The notes beneath the pieces were generated by a model that made no database searches, was not told where the DNA came from, and saw only the letters and a list, made by a program, of their open reading frames with translations. Shown here piece by piece: positions 8,782 through 18,148 of a DNA stretch of 64,000 bases; positions within the stretch are counted from its first letter, which is position 1; every line of letters starts with the position of its first letter. The position numbers and the translations under genes were made by a program. Source of the stretch: Thermoplasmatota archaeon (lineage in GTDB: Archaea > Thermoplasmatota > Thermoplasmata > UBA10834); NCBI GenBank assembly GCA_040751795.1, contig JBFMHR010000001.1:224001-288000 (forward strand), written 5' to 3'.

Positions 8782-9615
8782 TCACCCCGTGCGCGCCCGC
8801 GCCTCCGACTCTTCCCTGTCCCTGTTGCTGATGATGCGCGCGGGCGGCTTCTCGAAGGCCTTGCACAAGAGGTAGCCGAATATGGCGACGGCGAGCCTCG
8901 CCAGGGCCCAGAAGGACGTGGACGTCTCGAACAGGCGCTGGGGCTTGTAGCTCGGCCACAGGTTCCCGTGCTTCATGGTCAGCTGCTTCCTCCCCCAGCC
9001 GTTCCAGAAGGCCTGCTTGAAGAAGCCCCTGAAGCTCCCCTTCGTCCTGTGGTAGACGATCGCGTCGGGGTCGTAGCCCAGGGTGAACCCCTCGGAGACG
9101 GCCCTGAAGTTCAGGTCGATGTCCTCAGCGGTGATGAACCACTCGTCGAAGCCCTTCACAGCGTCGAGCACTCCCCTCCTCCAGGCCATGCTCGCGCTCG
9201 GGTGGGAGACGTCGAAGCCCCTGTGGTGCAGCTCCACCCTCTCGAGGTCCTCGAACGCGTGGTAGCCTATGTTGATGGTCTTCCCCGCCACGATGTCGTA
9301 CTTCGCGAGCGACTTCCTGAGCTCCCTCACCCAGAACGGGTTGGCGATGCAGTCCCCGCCGATCGTGGCTATGGCGTCGCCCTTGGCCTGGGAGATGCCG
9401 AAGTTGGTGCTCTCGCCCCTGGTACCGGGGTGGTGGAAGAACCTGATGTCCGGGAACCTCTCAATGTACGACCTGATGATCTCGACCGTCCCGTCCGTGC
9501 TGCCCGCGTCGACGACGACTATCTCGAAGGGCTCCTCCTGTATCACCAGGCTGTCGAGCAGGTCCCTGATGTGCCTCTTCTCATTGAGCAGGTTCAGGAC
9601 GATGCTGACCATCAT
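8782..9615 (-). CDS. GT2 glycosyltransferase
   Basis: EIVVVDAGSTDGT, GFDEWFITAEDIDLNFR, FFKQAFWNGWG. Confidence 0.9.
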   Translation of the reverse strand: MMVSIVLNLLNEKRHIRDLLDSLVIQEEPFEIVVVDAGSTDGTVEIIRSYIERFPDIRFFHHPGTRGESTNFGISQAKGDAIATIGGDCIANPFWVRELRKSLAKYDIVAGKTINIGYHAFEDLERVELHHRGFDVSHPSASMAWRRGVLDAVKGFDEWFITAEDIDLNFRAVSEGFTLGYDPDAIVYHRTKGSFRGFFKQAFWNGWGRKQLTMKHGNLWPSYKPQRLFETSTSFWALARLAVAIFGYLLCKAFEKPPARIISNRDREESEARARTG

Positions 9616-9677
9616 CGCAATTCAACGCCATCTGAAAAGACTGGGGCCTTATTATGCTTTCCAGATGGTGATCGCGC

Positions 9678-11000
9678 TCACTCGCCCGGGGGGCGCCCGT
9701 AGCCGATCCCGAGGTACTTGGCGCCCGCCCGGCGGACCTTCTCGGGGTCGAGGCACCTGCGGCCGTCGACCACCACCGGCGCCCTCATCGCCGACAACTC
9801 CTTCCTGCCGAGGGACCGGAACTCCTTCCAGTCCGCCTGGACGATGCACCCGTCCGCGCCCTTGAGGCACTCCGCGGCCGTCGCGGCGTACTCTATCGTG
9901 GGCATGACCTTGACGAACCCGGGCATGGCCATGGGGTCGAACGCCACGACCCTGGCGCCCTTCGCGAGGAGCTCCGTCACGAGCGGGACCGCCCTGGTCT
10001 CGCGGATGTCGTCCACCCCGCCCTTGAAGGCGAGGCCCAGCACCGCCACGCGCTTGCCCCGGAGCGGGCCGATCTCCCGCTCGAGGAGCCATATGGCCTC
10101 CGACGGCTGCCGGTCGTTGATGGCCATCAGTGCCTTGAGGAGCCTGGAGTCGAATCCATCGGCCCTGGCCCTGTCCCTGAGGGCCCTCACGTCCTTCGGA
10201 AGGCAGCTGCCCCCGAAGCCGAGGCCCGGCTTGAGGAACAGCGGGCCGATCCTCGGGTCCATCCCCGCGGCCCTCAGGACCACATCGCAGTCTATGCCGA
10301 ACCGGACGCACATGTCCGCGACCTCGTTCGCGTAGGAGATCTTGGTCGCCAGGAAGACGTTGGACGCGTACTTGATCATCTCCGCGGTCCTCAGGTCCGT
10401 CCTGACCTTCTCGGCGCGGATCGGCGAGTAGAGCTTCATGAGCGCGTCGCCGGCCCGCCTGTCGAACGATCCGACGATTATCCTGGACGGCTCCATGCTG
10501 TCCCTGAGCGCGCTACCCTCCTGGAGGAACTCGGGGTTCATGCAGAGGCCGAAGCCCGCCCCCGCCTGCCTGCCCGAGCCTCTCTCGAGGAGCGGCAGGA
10601 CGACCGAGTCGGTCGTGCCGGGCACGACCGTGCTCTTCATGACGACGACCTTGTAGCCGCCGGCCCGCTTCAGGGCCGTGGCGACGTCCCTCGCAGCCGA
10701 CCTCACAGGCCTCGTGTCTATCCTGCCGGACGGGAGCGACGGCGTCTGCACGCAGATGAAGACCATGTCCGAGCCGACGGCCGGCCCGAGCCTGTCGGTC
10801 GAGGCCTTCAGCGCCCCGGACCTCACCAGCCTGGCGAGCTCCTTCTCCAGGGGAGGCTCGTAGAACGGCGCCTTCCCCGAGTTGACCGTCTTGACCCTCG
10901 CGGGGTCGATGTCGGTGACCGTGACATCATGCCCCAGCTTCCCGAACATCACGGCGGTCGCAAGGCCCACGTACCCGGCGCCGACGACGCAGATCCTCAT
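9678..11000 (-). CDS. UDP-glucose/GDP-mannose dehydrogenase family protein
   Basis: GAGYVG Rossmann motif, KSTVVPGTT, NPEFLQEG, GFGGSCLPKD (catalytic Cys), LGLAFK. Confidence 0.95.
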   Translation of the reverse strand: MRICVVGAGYVGLATAVMFGKLGHDVTVTDIDPARVKTVNSGKAPFYEPPLEKELARLVRSGALKASTDRLGPAVGSDMVFICVQTPSLPSGRIDTRPVRSAARDVATALKRAGGYKVVVMKSTVVPGTTDSVVLPLLERGSGRQAGAGFGLCMNPEFLQEGSALRDSMEPSRIIVGSFDRRAGDALMKLYSPIRAEKVRTDLRTAEMIKYASNVFLATKISYANEVADMCVRFGIDCDVVLRAAGMDPRIGPLFLKPGLGFGGSCLPKDVRALRDRARADGFDSRLLKALMAINDRQPSEAIWLLEREIGPLRGKRVAVLGLAFKGGVDDIRETRAVPLVTELLAKGARVVAFDPMAMPGFVKVMPTIEYAATAAECLKGADGCIVQADWKEFRSLGRKELSAMRAPVVVDGRRCLDPEKVRRAGAKYLGIGYGRPPGE

Positions 11001-11054
11001 CGCGCCTTGAACCCGCTGTGCGGCTATTAACCCTTTCGGGGGCCGGCCGTGCGG

Positions 11055-13220
11055 TCAAGCCCCGTCATCGGGGGGAGGAGGTTCTTTCTCGGAGGGCCCT
11101 GCCCTGCCAGCCGCCTTCCCCTTCCGCGACCGGAGGAACATGAGCGACAGCGCAGCACAGAGGGCCCCGAGAGCGAGCACCACCGCGGTCAACAGCAGGT
11201 TCTGTGACCTGGCCGTGTCGAGGTCCTCGTCCGCTGCGGCCAGCTCGTCCTCGAGGGTGTCGACCTCCTCCTGCAGGATCGCGATGTCCTCCTCCGCGGC
11301 GGTCACGTTGGCAAGGGCCTCGTCCAACTGGCCCAGGATCGCGGAGTACGACTCCTCCGAGTCGTTCAGGTCCGACCGTACGCCGGCCAGCTCGGCGAGC
11401 GTCGCGTCGAGGAGCGCCTGCAGCGACTCGGCGTCCTCGAGAGCCGCGTCGAGGAGAGCCTCGAGGTCCTCCGCATAGGCCAGGGCCGAGTCGTACTCGT
11501 CCTGGAGCGCCGCCAGTCCGTCCATCGCCGTGGAGAGGTCCGCCTCGAGCGTGGCGATGGTCGCCATCGCAGCCTCCAGCTGGGCGACGAGCTCGTCGGT
11601 CGGGTCGTCGTAGGTCACCGTCACCGAGGCGGTCGCCGCGTTGCCCGACGCATCCGTCGCGGTCGCAGTTATGATGTTGACACCGTCGATGAGCGCGAGC
11701 GAGCAGGAGAACGAACCGTCCGGACCGACGGTGACCATGAGGCCGTTCACGTCCAGCGTGGCGCCGGGTTCGGTCGCCCCGGTCACCATGACCGTCGGCT
11801 CCTCGGTGGTATAACCGTCCGACGGGCTGTCGATCGACAGCTCCGGCGCCGTGGTGTCCGGCGCCACATACCGGCTCGCCCAGATGTTGTGGCGCGTCCC
11901 GTCGTACATCTGCCACACCGCGACCGCGTTCCCCGTGCTGTCGACGGCGACCTGGGGGGAGATGGCGGTGCACCAGTCATCCGGGTGTGTCATCTCCGGC
12001 ACCCCCCAGCCCTCGCCCACGGCATATCGGTTGGACCATATGTCCATCTCGGCGCCGTCCCACTCCTCCCAGACGGATATGGCGTTGCCCGATCCGTCGG
12101 ACCCGACCTGGGCGTACCTCACCTCGAGAGTCCTGTTGACGCCTACCATCTCGGCGGATCCCCAGCCCGTTCCGGGCACGTATCCACAGGACCAGATGTT
12201 GTAGTAGCCGTCGTCGTACTGGCTCCAGACGACCATGGCATCGCCCGCGCCGCCCACGGTCACCTTCGGACCGGCGGCGTTGCCGGAGCTCCCCGTGCCG
12301 ATGTACCCAGAGGTGCCCCAGCCTGCCCCGACCACGTACCGGTTCGCCGCGATCTCCATGGAGTCGCCGTCCCAACGCTCCCACACGGCCACAGCGTTGC
12401 CGGACCTGTCCATGGCGACCTGCGGGTTGAAATCGCCCGACGGGGCCTCGGTGTCGACGACCTCGGTCGCCCCCCACCCGTCGCCCACGACGTACCTGTT
12501 CGACCAGACCGTCATGGCGGAGCCTCCCCAGTGCTCCCACACCGCCGTGGCGTTGCCCGAGGGGTCGACAGATACCGTGGGGTTGAACGTAGCCGTTGAA
12601 TCGTCGGCCTCGATGAGTTCGGGGGCACCCCACCCGGTCCCCACCGAGTACCGGTTGGACCAGGTGCTCTGCTGGTAGAGGTCCACCTGCACCCAGACGA
12701 CGAACGCGTTGCCGGACCCGTCCACAGCCAGCTCAGGGTCGGTCGCAGATCCCAGGCTGCTGGACTCGACGAGCTCGGCCGTCCCCCAGCCCTCGCCGGC
12801 CACGTACCTGTTCGACCAGATGTCGAAGCCCACAGCGCCCACCTGCTCCCAGACGGCGAACGCGTTGCCGTCCGGGTCCGCAGCCACCCGCGGGTTCACC
12901 GTGCTCGCGAGGGGTTCGTCCTCGATCATCTCGGCGTCCCCCCAGCCGTCCCCGACCACGTACCGGTTCGACCAGATGTGGTTCCGGGTGCCGTCCTGCT
13001 GCTGCCATACGGCGATCATGTTCCCGGACCCGTCCGCGGCCACCTGAGGGTAGAATGCCGGTCCCCGGTCGTCATACTCGAGGAGTACGACGGTCCCCCA
13101 GCCCGGGTCCGACTCCCCGCCAGACACCATTGATGGCGCGATTCTAGTCAACAATATGCATACTGCGATCACCGCTAGATGGACGCCCCTCCGTTCCGTC
13201 CTCACCGACAACCCCTCCAA
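11055..13220 (-). CDS. Cell-surface protein: signal peptide, 8 x 52-aa beta-propeller-like repeats, Ig-like domain, acidic coiled-coil stalk, C-terminal TM anchor
   Basis: Repeats GWG...PxVAxDxxGNAxAVW...IWSNRY; Ig-like segment DTTAPELSIDSP...TGATEPGATLDVNG...GVNIITATATDASGN; heptad Ala/Glu/Leu region; hydrophobic C-terminal helix followed by a basic stretch. Confidence 0.85.
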   Translation of the reverse strand: MEGLSVRTERRGVHLAVIAVCILLTRIAPSMVSGGESDPGWGTVVLLEYDDRGPAFYPQVAADGSGNMIAVWQQQDGTRNHIWSNRYVVGDGWGDAEMIEDEPLASTVNPRVAADPDGNAFAVWEQVGAVGFDIWSNRYVAGEGWGTAELVESSSLGSATDPELAVDGSGNAFVVWVQVDLYQQSTWSNRYSVGTGWGAPELIEADDSTATFNPTVSVDPSGNATAVWEHWGGSAMTVWSNRYVVGDGWGATEVVDTEAPSGDFNPQVAMDRSGNAVAVWERWDGDSMEIAANRYVVGAGWGTSGYIGTGSSGNAAGPKVTVGGAGDAMVVWSQYDDGYYNIWSCGYVPGTGWGSAEMVGVNRTLEVRYAQVGSDGSGNAISVWEEWDGAEMDIWSNRYAVGEGWGVPEMTHPDDWCTAISPQVAVDSTGNAVAVWQMYDGTRHNIWASRYVAPDTTAPELSIDSPSDGYTTEEPTVMVTGATEPGATLDVNGLMVTVGPDGSFSCSLALIDGVNIITATATDASGNAATASVTVTYDDPTDELVAQLEAAMATIATLEADLSTAMDGLAALQDEYDSALAYAEDLEALLDAALEDAESLQALLDATLAELAGVRSDLNDSEESYSAILGQLDEALANVTAAEEDIAILQEEVDTLEDELAAADEDLDTARSQNLLLTAVVLALGALCAALSLMFLRSRKGKAAGRAGPSEKEPPPPDDGA
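11856..13103 (-). repeat. Eight tandem degenerate 156-bp (52-aa) intragenic repeats
   Basis: The GWG motif recurs every 52 residues from residue 40 to 455 of the 721-aa ORF. Confidence 0.9.
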
Positions 13221-13364
13221 TCATTGCCGCACGACAGTCGGATCCACGACGTGCCCGTGCGGGCCCTGGTCACATCGCCTGGAGGTTAGATATGCCTTTG
13301 CCGGGGACGGCGCCCTGCGGGCACCGGGAAACCATTAAGTCGTCCCCGGCCTTTCTTTCGGGAG

Positions 13365-14216
13365 ATGAAGGTCGTCATCCCCGCCGCGGGCCTGGGGATA
13401 AGGTTCCTCCCCGCGACCAAGGCGCAGCCGAAGGAGATGCTCCCGGTCGTCGACAAGCCCGCGATACAGTACGTCGTCGAGGAGGCCGTCGCGTCGGGCA
13501 TGACCGACATAATAATGATCACAGGCAGGGGCAAGAGGGCCATCGAGGACCACTTCGACAAGTCCTACGAGCTCGAGCACAAGCTCAGGGACGGCGGCAA
13601 CAGGGAGGCCCTTGAGGAGGTCCAGAGGATAGCCTCCATGGCCGACATATTCTACATCCGCCAGAAGGAGCAGCTCGGGCTCGGCCACGCGGTCCTGTGC
13701 GCGAAGAAGCACATAGGGGACGCGCCCTTCGCCGTCATGCTCGGCGACGACATAGTGGTGAACGACCACCCCTGCATAGGCCAGCTCGTCGAGGCGTTCG
13801 AGGAGACCAAGACCTCGGTGGTCGGCGTGGAGCGCGTGCCGAAGGCGAGGGTGTCGAGGTACGGCGTCATCAAGGGGAAGCGCGTCAGGGACGAGTTGTA
13901 CAGGGTCGAGGACCTCGTCGAGAAGCCCTCGCCGAGCGAGGCGCCCTCCGACCTGGCGATCATAGGCAGGTACGTCTTCGGCCCGGAGATATTCACCTAC
14001 CTCGAGAGGATCGGGCCAGGCAAGGGCGGGGAGTACCAGTTGACGGACGCGATGAGGCTCCTCTGCAGGAAGAAGGGGCTCTACGGGCTCAGGTTCAAGG
14101 GGCGCAGGTTCGACATCGGCAGCAAGGCTGACTGGATACGGGCCACGGTGGAGCTCAGCAGGGACAGGCCCGACCTCTCCGGGGAGCTCGGCTTCACGCC
14201 CCGGAAGAGGGCGTGA
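13365..14216 (+). CDS. galU: UTP--glucose-1-phosphate uridylyltransferase
   Basis: VIPAAGLGIRFLPATKAQPKEMLPVVDKP, LGLGHAV, VEKP, EYQLTDA. Confidence 0.95.
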   Translation: MKVVIPAAGLGIRFLPATKAQPKEMLPVVDKPAIQYVVEEAVASGMTDIIMITGRGKRAIEDHFDKSYELEHKLRDGGNREALEEVQRIASMADIFYIRQKEQLGLGHAVLCAKKHIGDAPFAVMLGDDIVVNDHPCIGQLVEAFEETKTSVVGVERVPKARVSRYGVIKGKRVRDELYRVEDLVEKPSPSEAPSDLAIIGRYVFGPEIFTYLERIGPGKGGEYQLTDAMRLLCRKKGLYGLRFKGRRFDIGSKADWIRATVELSRDRPDLSGELGFTPRKRA

Positions 14217-14292
14217 GGACGCCCCCCGCCCCTGTGGTTCCATAATCTATTATAGCATCCTCGGGATTCTGACGCACCAGAGGGTCTTCCCT

Positions 14293-14778
14293 ATGAAGCT
14301 GCTCGCGAAGTACTACAAGATAGACGACGCGAAGGTGGGCGAGGACACCATCGTCCGCGACTTCGTGAACCTGTACGGCTGCAGGATAGGCAAGGGCTGC
14401 AGGATCGCGGCGTACACCGAGATACAGAGGGGCGTCACGATAGGCGACAGGTGCAAGGTCGAGGCCTTCGCGTTCATACCCACCGGGGTCACCATCGAGG
14501 ACGAGGTCTTCATAGGTCCCCACGTGTGCTTCACCAACGACCGGCGCCCGAAGGCCGTGGGCGACTGGGAGGTCACGCCGACCCTTGTCAAGAAGGGCGC
14601 GTCCATCGGGGCCAACGCGACGATCGTCTGCGGCGTCACCATCGGCGAGGGCGCCCTCGTCGGCGCCGGCGCGGTCGTCACCAGGGACGTCCCCGACGGA
14701 GCGGTCGTGGTGGGATGCCCCGCGAAGGAGGTCAAGCTCAAGAAGAAGCCCTCAGCGAAGGGGAAGGGAGGCAGATGA
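14293..14778 (+). CDS. Hexapeptide-repeat sugar N-acetyltransferase (WbpD/WlbB-like)
   Basis: FVNLYGCRIG, GVTIEDEVFIGPHVCFTND, GASIGANATIVCGVTIG. Confidence 0.88.
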   Translation: MKLLAKYYKIDDAKVGEDTIVRDFVNLYGCRIGKGCRIAAYTEIQRGVTIGDRCKVEAFAFIPTGVTIEDEVFIGPHVCFTNDRRPKAVGDWEVTPTLVKKGASIGANATIVCGVTIGEGALVGAGAVVTRDVPDGAVVVGCPAKEVKLKKKPSAKGKGGR

Positions 14779-14779
14779 G

Positions 14780-15868
14780 ATGAAGGTGCCACAGGCCCAG
14801 CCCGTGATGACGGAGGACATGATCCAGGCGGCAGCCGCCGCACTTAGGAACGAGAGGCTGACGCTCGGGGAGAGCGTGAACAAGTTCGAGGAGGGGTTCG
14901 CCAGGATGTGCGGGACCAAGCACGCCGTCGCCCTGAGCTCGGGCACGGCCGCGCTCCAGCTCGCCCTGCAGGCCGCGGGGGTCAAGTGCGGCGACAAGGT
15001 GCTGACGTCGGCGATGTCGTTCGTCGCCACCTCCAACTCGTTCGTCGTGTTCGGCGGGGAGCCGGTCTTCACCGACGTCGACCACGGGGACTTCAACCTC
15101 GACCCCGCGAAGCTCAGGTTCGAGAAGGGCACCAAGGCCGTCATCCCCGTCCACCTATACGGCCACCCGGCGAGGATGGCCGAGATCAACGAGGCCGCCG
15201 CCGAGCACGGCGCGGTCGTGATCGAGGACGCGTGCCAGGCGCACGGCGCGGTGTACAGGGGCAGGAGGGCGGGCGCCCTCGGCCTGATGGGCTGCTTCTC
15301 CTTCTACCCGACCAAGAACATGCACGTCGGCGGGGACGGGGGGATGGTAACCACGGACGACCCGGTGCTCGCCGACCTCGTGAGGAGGCTCAGGCACTGC
15401 GGGAGGAAGGGCCAGTACGAGCACGACCTCATCGGCACCACCGCCAGGCTGAACTCGGCCAACGCCGCGGTGGGCATCGAGCAGCTCAAGATGCTCCCGA
15501 AGTGGAACGAGAAACGGAGGGCCGTCGCCGCCAAGTACGACTCGATGCTGAAGGGCATCGGCGACCTCAGGCTCCCGCCGGGGCCGTCCAAGGACGTCGA
15601 GCCGGTCTACCACCAGTACGCCATACTGACCAAGAGGAGGAACGAGCTCAAGGCGCACCTCGAGTCGAAGGGCGTCGGCGTGGGCGTCCACTACGACATC
15701 CCCATCCACCTGCAGCCGGTCTACAGGGAGATCTACGGCTTCAAGGAGGGCATGCTGCCCGTCACAGAGAGGCTCTGCAAGGAGGTCCTGACGCTCCCGA
15801 TGTTCGTGGACATCACGGACGAGCAGGTCAAGTACGTCGTCGAGAGCATAGGCGCGTTCTACGGGTGA
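14780..15868 (+). CDS. DegT/DnrJ/EryC1/StrS PLP-dependent sugar aminotransferase (WbpE-like)
   Basis: SSGTAAL, PVHLYGHP, IEDACQAHGA, FSFYPTKN (PLP lysine), GDGGM. Real start is ATG 14780. Confidence 0.93.
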   Translation: MKVPQAQPVMTEDMIQAAAAALRNERLTLGESVNKFEEGFARMCGTKHAVALSSGTAALQLALQAAGVKCGDKVLTSAMSFVATSNSFVVFGGEPVFTDVDHGDFNLDPAKLRFEKGTKAVIPVHLYGHPARMAEINEAAAEHGAVVIEDACQAHGAVYRGRRAGALGLMGCFSFYPTKNMHVGGDGGMVTTDDPVLADLVRRLRHCGRKGQYEHDLIGTTARLNSANAAVGIEQLKMLPKWNEKRRAVAAKYDSMLKGIGDLRLPPGPSKDVEPVYHQYAILTKRRNELKAHLESKGVGVGVHYDIPIHLQPVYREIYGFKEGMLPVTERLCKEVLTLPMFVDITDEQVKYVVESIGAFYG

Positions 15869-15875
15869 TGCTCGC

Positions 15876-16826
15876 ATGGCCAAGTTCAACGTCGGCGTCA
15901 TAGGCATAGGGTACTGGGGCAAGAAGATCCTGGACGAGTTCTCCAAGGTGGAGAACGTCTCGGTGGTCGGCGTCTCGGACATGGACGAGAAGAACCTCGC
16001 CTTCGCGGCCGAGAGGTACGGGGTCAAGAGCGGCTACAAGGACTACAGGCAGCTCCTCGCGGTCAAGGACCTGCACGCCGTCGCCATATGCACCCCCAAC
16101 CAGACCCACTTCGCGGCGTGCAAGGACGCCCTCGAGGCGGGGAAGCACGTGATAGTCGAGAAGCCCATCACCCTCACGTCGAAGGAGGGGAAGGAGCTCG
16201 TGGCGCTGGCCAAGTCGAAGAACCTCACCCTGTCCGTCGGGCACATATTCAGGTTCAACAACGCACTTGCTGAGGTCAGGCGCCTGATCAAGGAGGAGAA
16301 GTTCTTCGGCAAGCTCTTCCTCATGGAGATGAACTGGGTCAACAGCGAGAAGGCCTTCCCCGACAGGGACGTGCTCTTCGACCTCGCGCCCCACATGTTC
16401 GACATCCAGAACTACCTGCTCGGCCACTGGCCCGAGGAGGTCATGTGCGCCGGCGGCCCGTTCAGGAGGAGGGAGGGTGAGGAGACGGCCTACATCGTCT
16501 CGAAGTTCAAGGACGGCGTCCTCGCGATGGCCAACATAAGCTGGCTCGTGCCCAGGAAGACCAGGCAGATCATGCTCGTCGGCGAGAACAGGTCCGCCCT
16601 CATAGACGCTGTTGCGCAGGAGGTCACGGTCTACGAGAGCGGCTACACCTACAGGCTCGGGCTCGAGAGGAACAACACCATCAGGGACGAGCTCGTCCAC
16701 TTCGTCAAGTCCATAGCCGACCCCATGACCGAGACCAGGAACAGCGGTGAGGTCGGAGTCAGGACGGTCGAGCTCATCGAGGCCGCGAAGAGGTCCATGG
16801 CCGAGGGCAGGTCCGTGAAGGTCTGA
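15876..16826 (+). CDS. Gfo/Idh/MocA NAD-dependent oxidoreductase (WbpB-like)
   Basis: GVIGIGYWG, AGKHVIVEKP, VGHIFRFN, DLAPH. Confidence 0.92.
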   Translation: MAKFNVGVIGIGYWGKKILDEFSKVENVSVVGVSDMDEKNLAFAAERYGVKSGYKDYRQLLAVKDLHAVAICTPNQTHFAACKDALEAGKHVIVEKPITLTSKEGKELVALAKSKNLTLSVGHIFRFNNALAEVRRLIKEEKFFGKLFLMEMNWVNSEKAFPDRDVLFDLAPHMFDIQNYLLGHWPEEVMCAGGPFRRREGEETAYIVSKFKDGVLAMANISWLVPRKTRQIMLVGENRSALIDAVAQEVTVYESGYTYRLGLERNNTIRDELVHFVKSIADPMTETRNSGEVGVRTVELIEAAKRSMAEGRSVKV

Positions 16827-16867
16827 GCCCAGATGCTTTATTACCCCTGAGTGGGAATCACAGGGGG

Positions 16868-17998
16868 ATGGCTTCGACGCTCATGCTCTTGGCCAACCCC
16901 TACAGGCCCGACCCGAGGGTGCAGCTGGAGGCCAAGGCCCTCGCCGAGGCGGGGCACCGGGTGACGGTGCTCGCGTGGTCCAGGGACACGGGCCGGAGGG
17001 AGTCCTCGCGCGACGGGGCGATCGAGGTGCTGCGCGTGGGCCCGAGGTGCCCCTTCAGGTCCGCCGCCAGGATGCTCACGAGGCTGCCGAGGTACTGGCT
17101 CGCCGCCATCAGGCTCTCGAGGGGGATGGACTTCGACATCGTCCACTGCCACGACCTCGACACTCTGCCCGCGGGGCTGCTAATAGGCCTCGTGAGGAGG
17201 AGGCCGGTGCTGTACGACGCCCACGAGCTCTACGCGGCGATGGTCAAGGACGACGTCGGGCTCCTGTACAGGCCCCTCCGGGCCCTGGAGTCATGGCTCG
17301 TCCGCAGGGCGGACGCGGTCGTGACCGTGAGCGATGCGCTGGCGGAGGAGCTCTCGAAGGGCAGGAGGGAGCGGCCCAGAGTGGTCATGAACAGCCCCGA
17401 CATAGCCCCGCTCACGGGCGCCGAGACGAGGGTCGTCAGGGAGATGTACGGCCTGAGCGGGTTCGTCGTCTCCTACCTGGGCTCGCTCGAGCCAGGGAGG
17501 TTCGTCGAGCAGATGCTCGGCGCGTTCACGCCGGACGACGGCGTCACCCTCCTGGTGGCGGGCAAGGGCTCCCTGGAGGGGACGGTCGCGGCGGCCGCCA
17601 GCAGGGGCGGCGTGAAGTACGTCGGCTCCGTCTCGACGGGACAGGCGCTGCGCCTCACCGCCGCATCCGACCTCGTGACGGCCATGATGGACCCCTCCAA
17701 CCCGAACAACGTCGTGGGGACGCCGGGCAAGATCCTCAACGCCATGGCACTGGCCAGGCCCTACATCACGAACCGAGGGCTCAGGATCGCGGAGATGACC
17801 GAGAGGGCCGGTTCGGGGCTGGTCGCAGGGTATGACCGGGACTCGTTCCGGGAGGCCGTCCTCAGGGTGAGGAGGGACCCGAAGGCCCTCGTCGATATGG
17901 GGCGCAGGGGGAGGGCGCACTTCGAGGCGGAGTTCTCTTGGCCCAAGAGCAGGAGGGAGCTCCTAGAGGCGTACGGTAGCCTCTTAGGAGCTCGCTAG
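16868..17998 (+). CDS. GT4 glycosyltransferase
   Basis: DPRVQLEAKAL, HCHDLDTL, YDAHELY; GT-B C-terminal domain. Confidence 0.88.
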   Translation: MASTLMLLANPYRPDPRVQLEAKALAEAGHRVTVLAWSRDTGRRESSRDGAIEVLRVGPRCPFRSAARMLTRLPRYWLAAIRLSRGMDFDIVHCHDLDTLPAGLLIGLVRRRPVLYDAHELYAAMVKDDVGLLYRPLRALESWLVRRADAVVTVSDALAEELSKGRRERPRVVMNSPDIAPLTGAETRVVREMYGLSGFVVSYLGSLEPGRFVEQMLGAFTPDDGVTLLVAGKGSLEGTVAAAASRGGVKYVGSVSTGQALRLTAASDLVTAMMDPSNPNNVVGTPGKILNAMALARPYITNRGLRIAEMTERAGSGLVAGYDRDSFREAVLRVRRDPKALVDMGRRGRAHFEAEFSWPKSRRELLEAYGSLLGAR

Positions 17999-18016
17999 AC
18001 CGACTGGCACAAACCA

Positions 18017-18064
18017 TTATATACCTTCGAACCCATTTTATTCCCCGTCCGACATCTGTCGGAC
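18017..18064 (+). promoter_or_regulatory. smc promoter: TATA box plus palindrome near the predicted transcription start
   Basis: TTATATA at 18017-18023; GTCCGACA-TC-TGTCGGAC at 18047-18064. Confidence 0.5.
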
Positions 18065-18148
18065 TCAATGGGATGGGATGCAGATAACAGAGCGTGCTAT
18101 AGCGCTAGGTCAGAGGCTGTTTTCGCATCCCGATCGGAGTCGGTCTCG

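Noticed and set aside
11856-13103. Regular 156-bp periodicity as a possible CRISPR or DGR-type array
   Set aside because: The units are degenerate at the DNA level and conserved at the protein level inside one CDS. There are no identical repeats with spacers, and no cas or reverse transcriptase genes.
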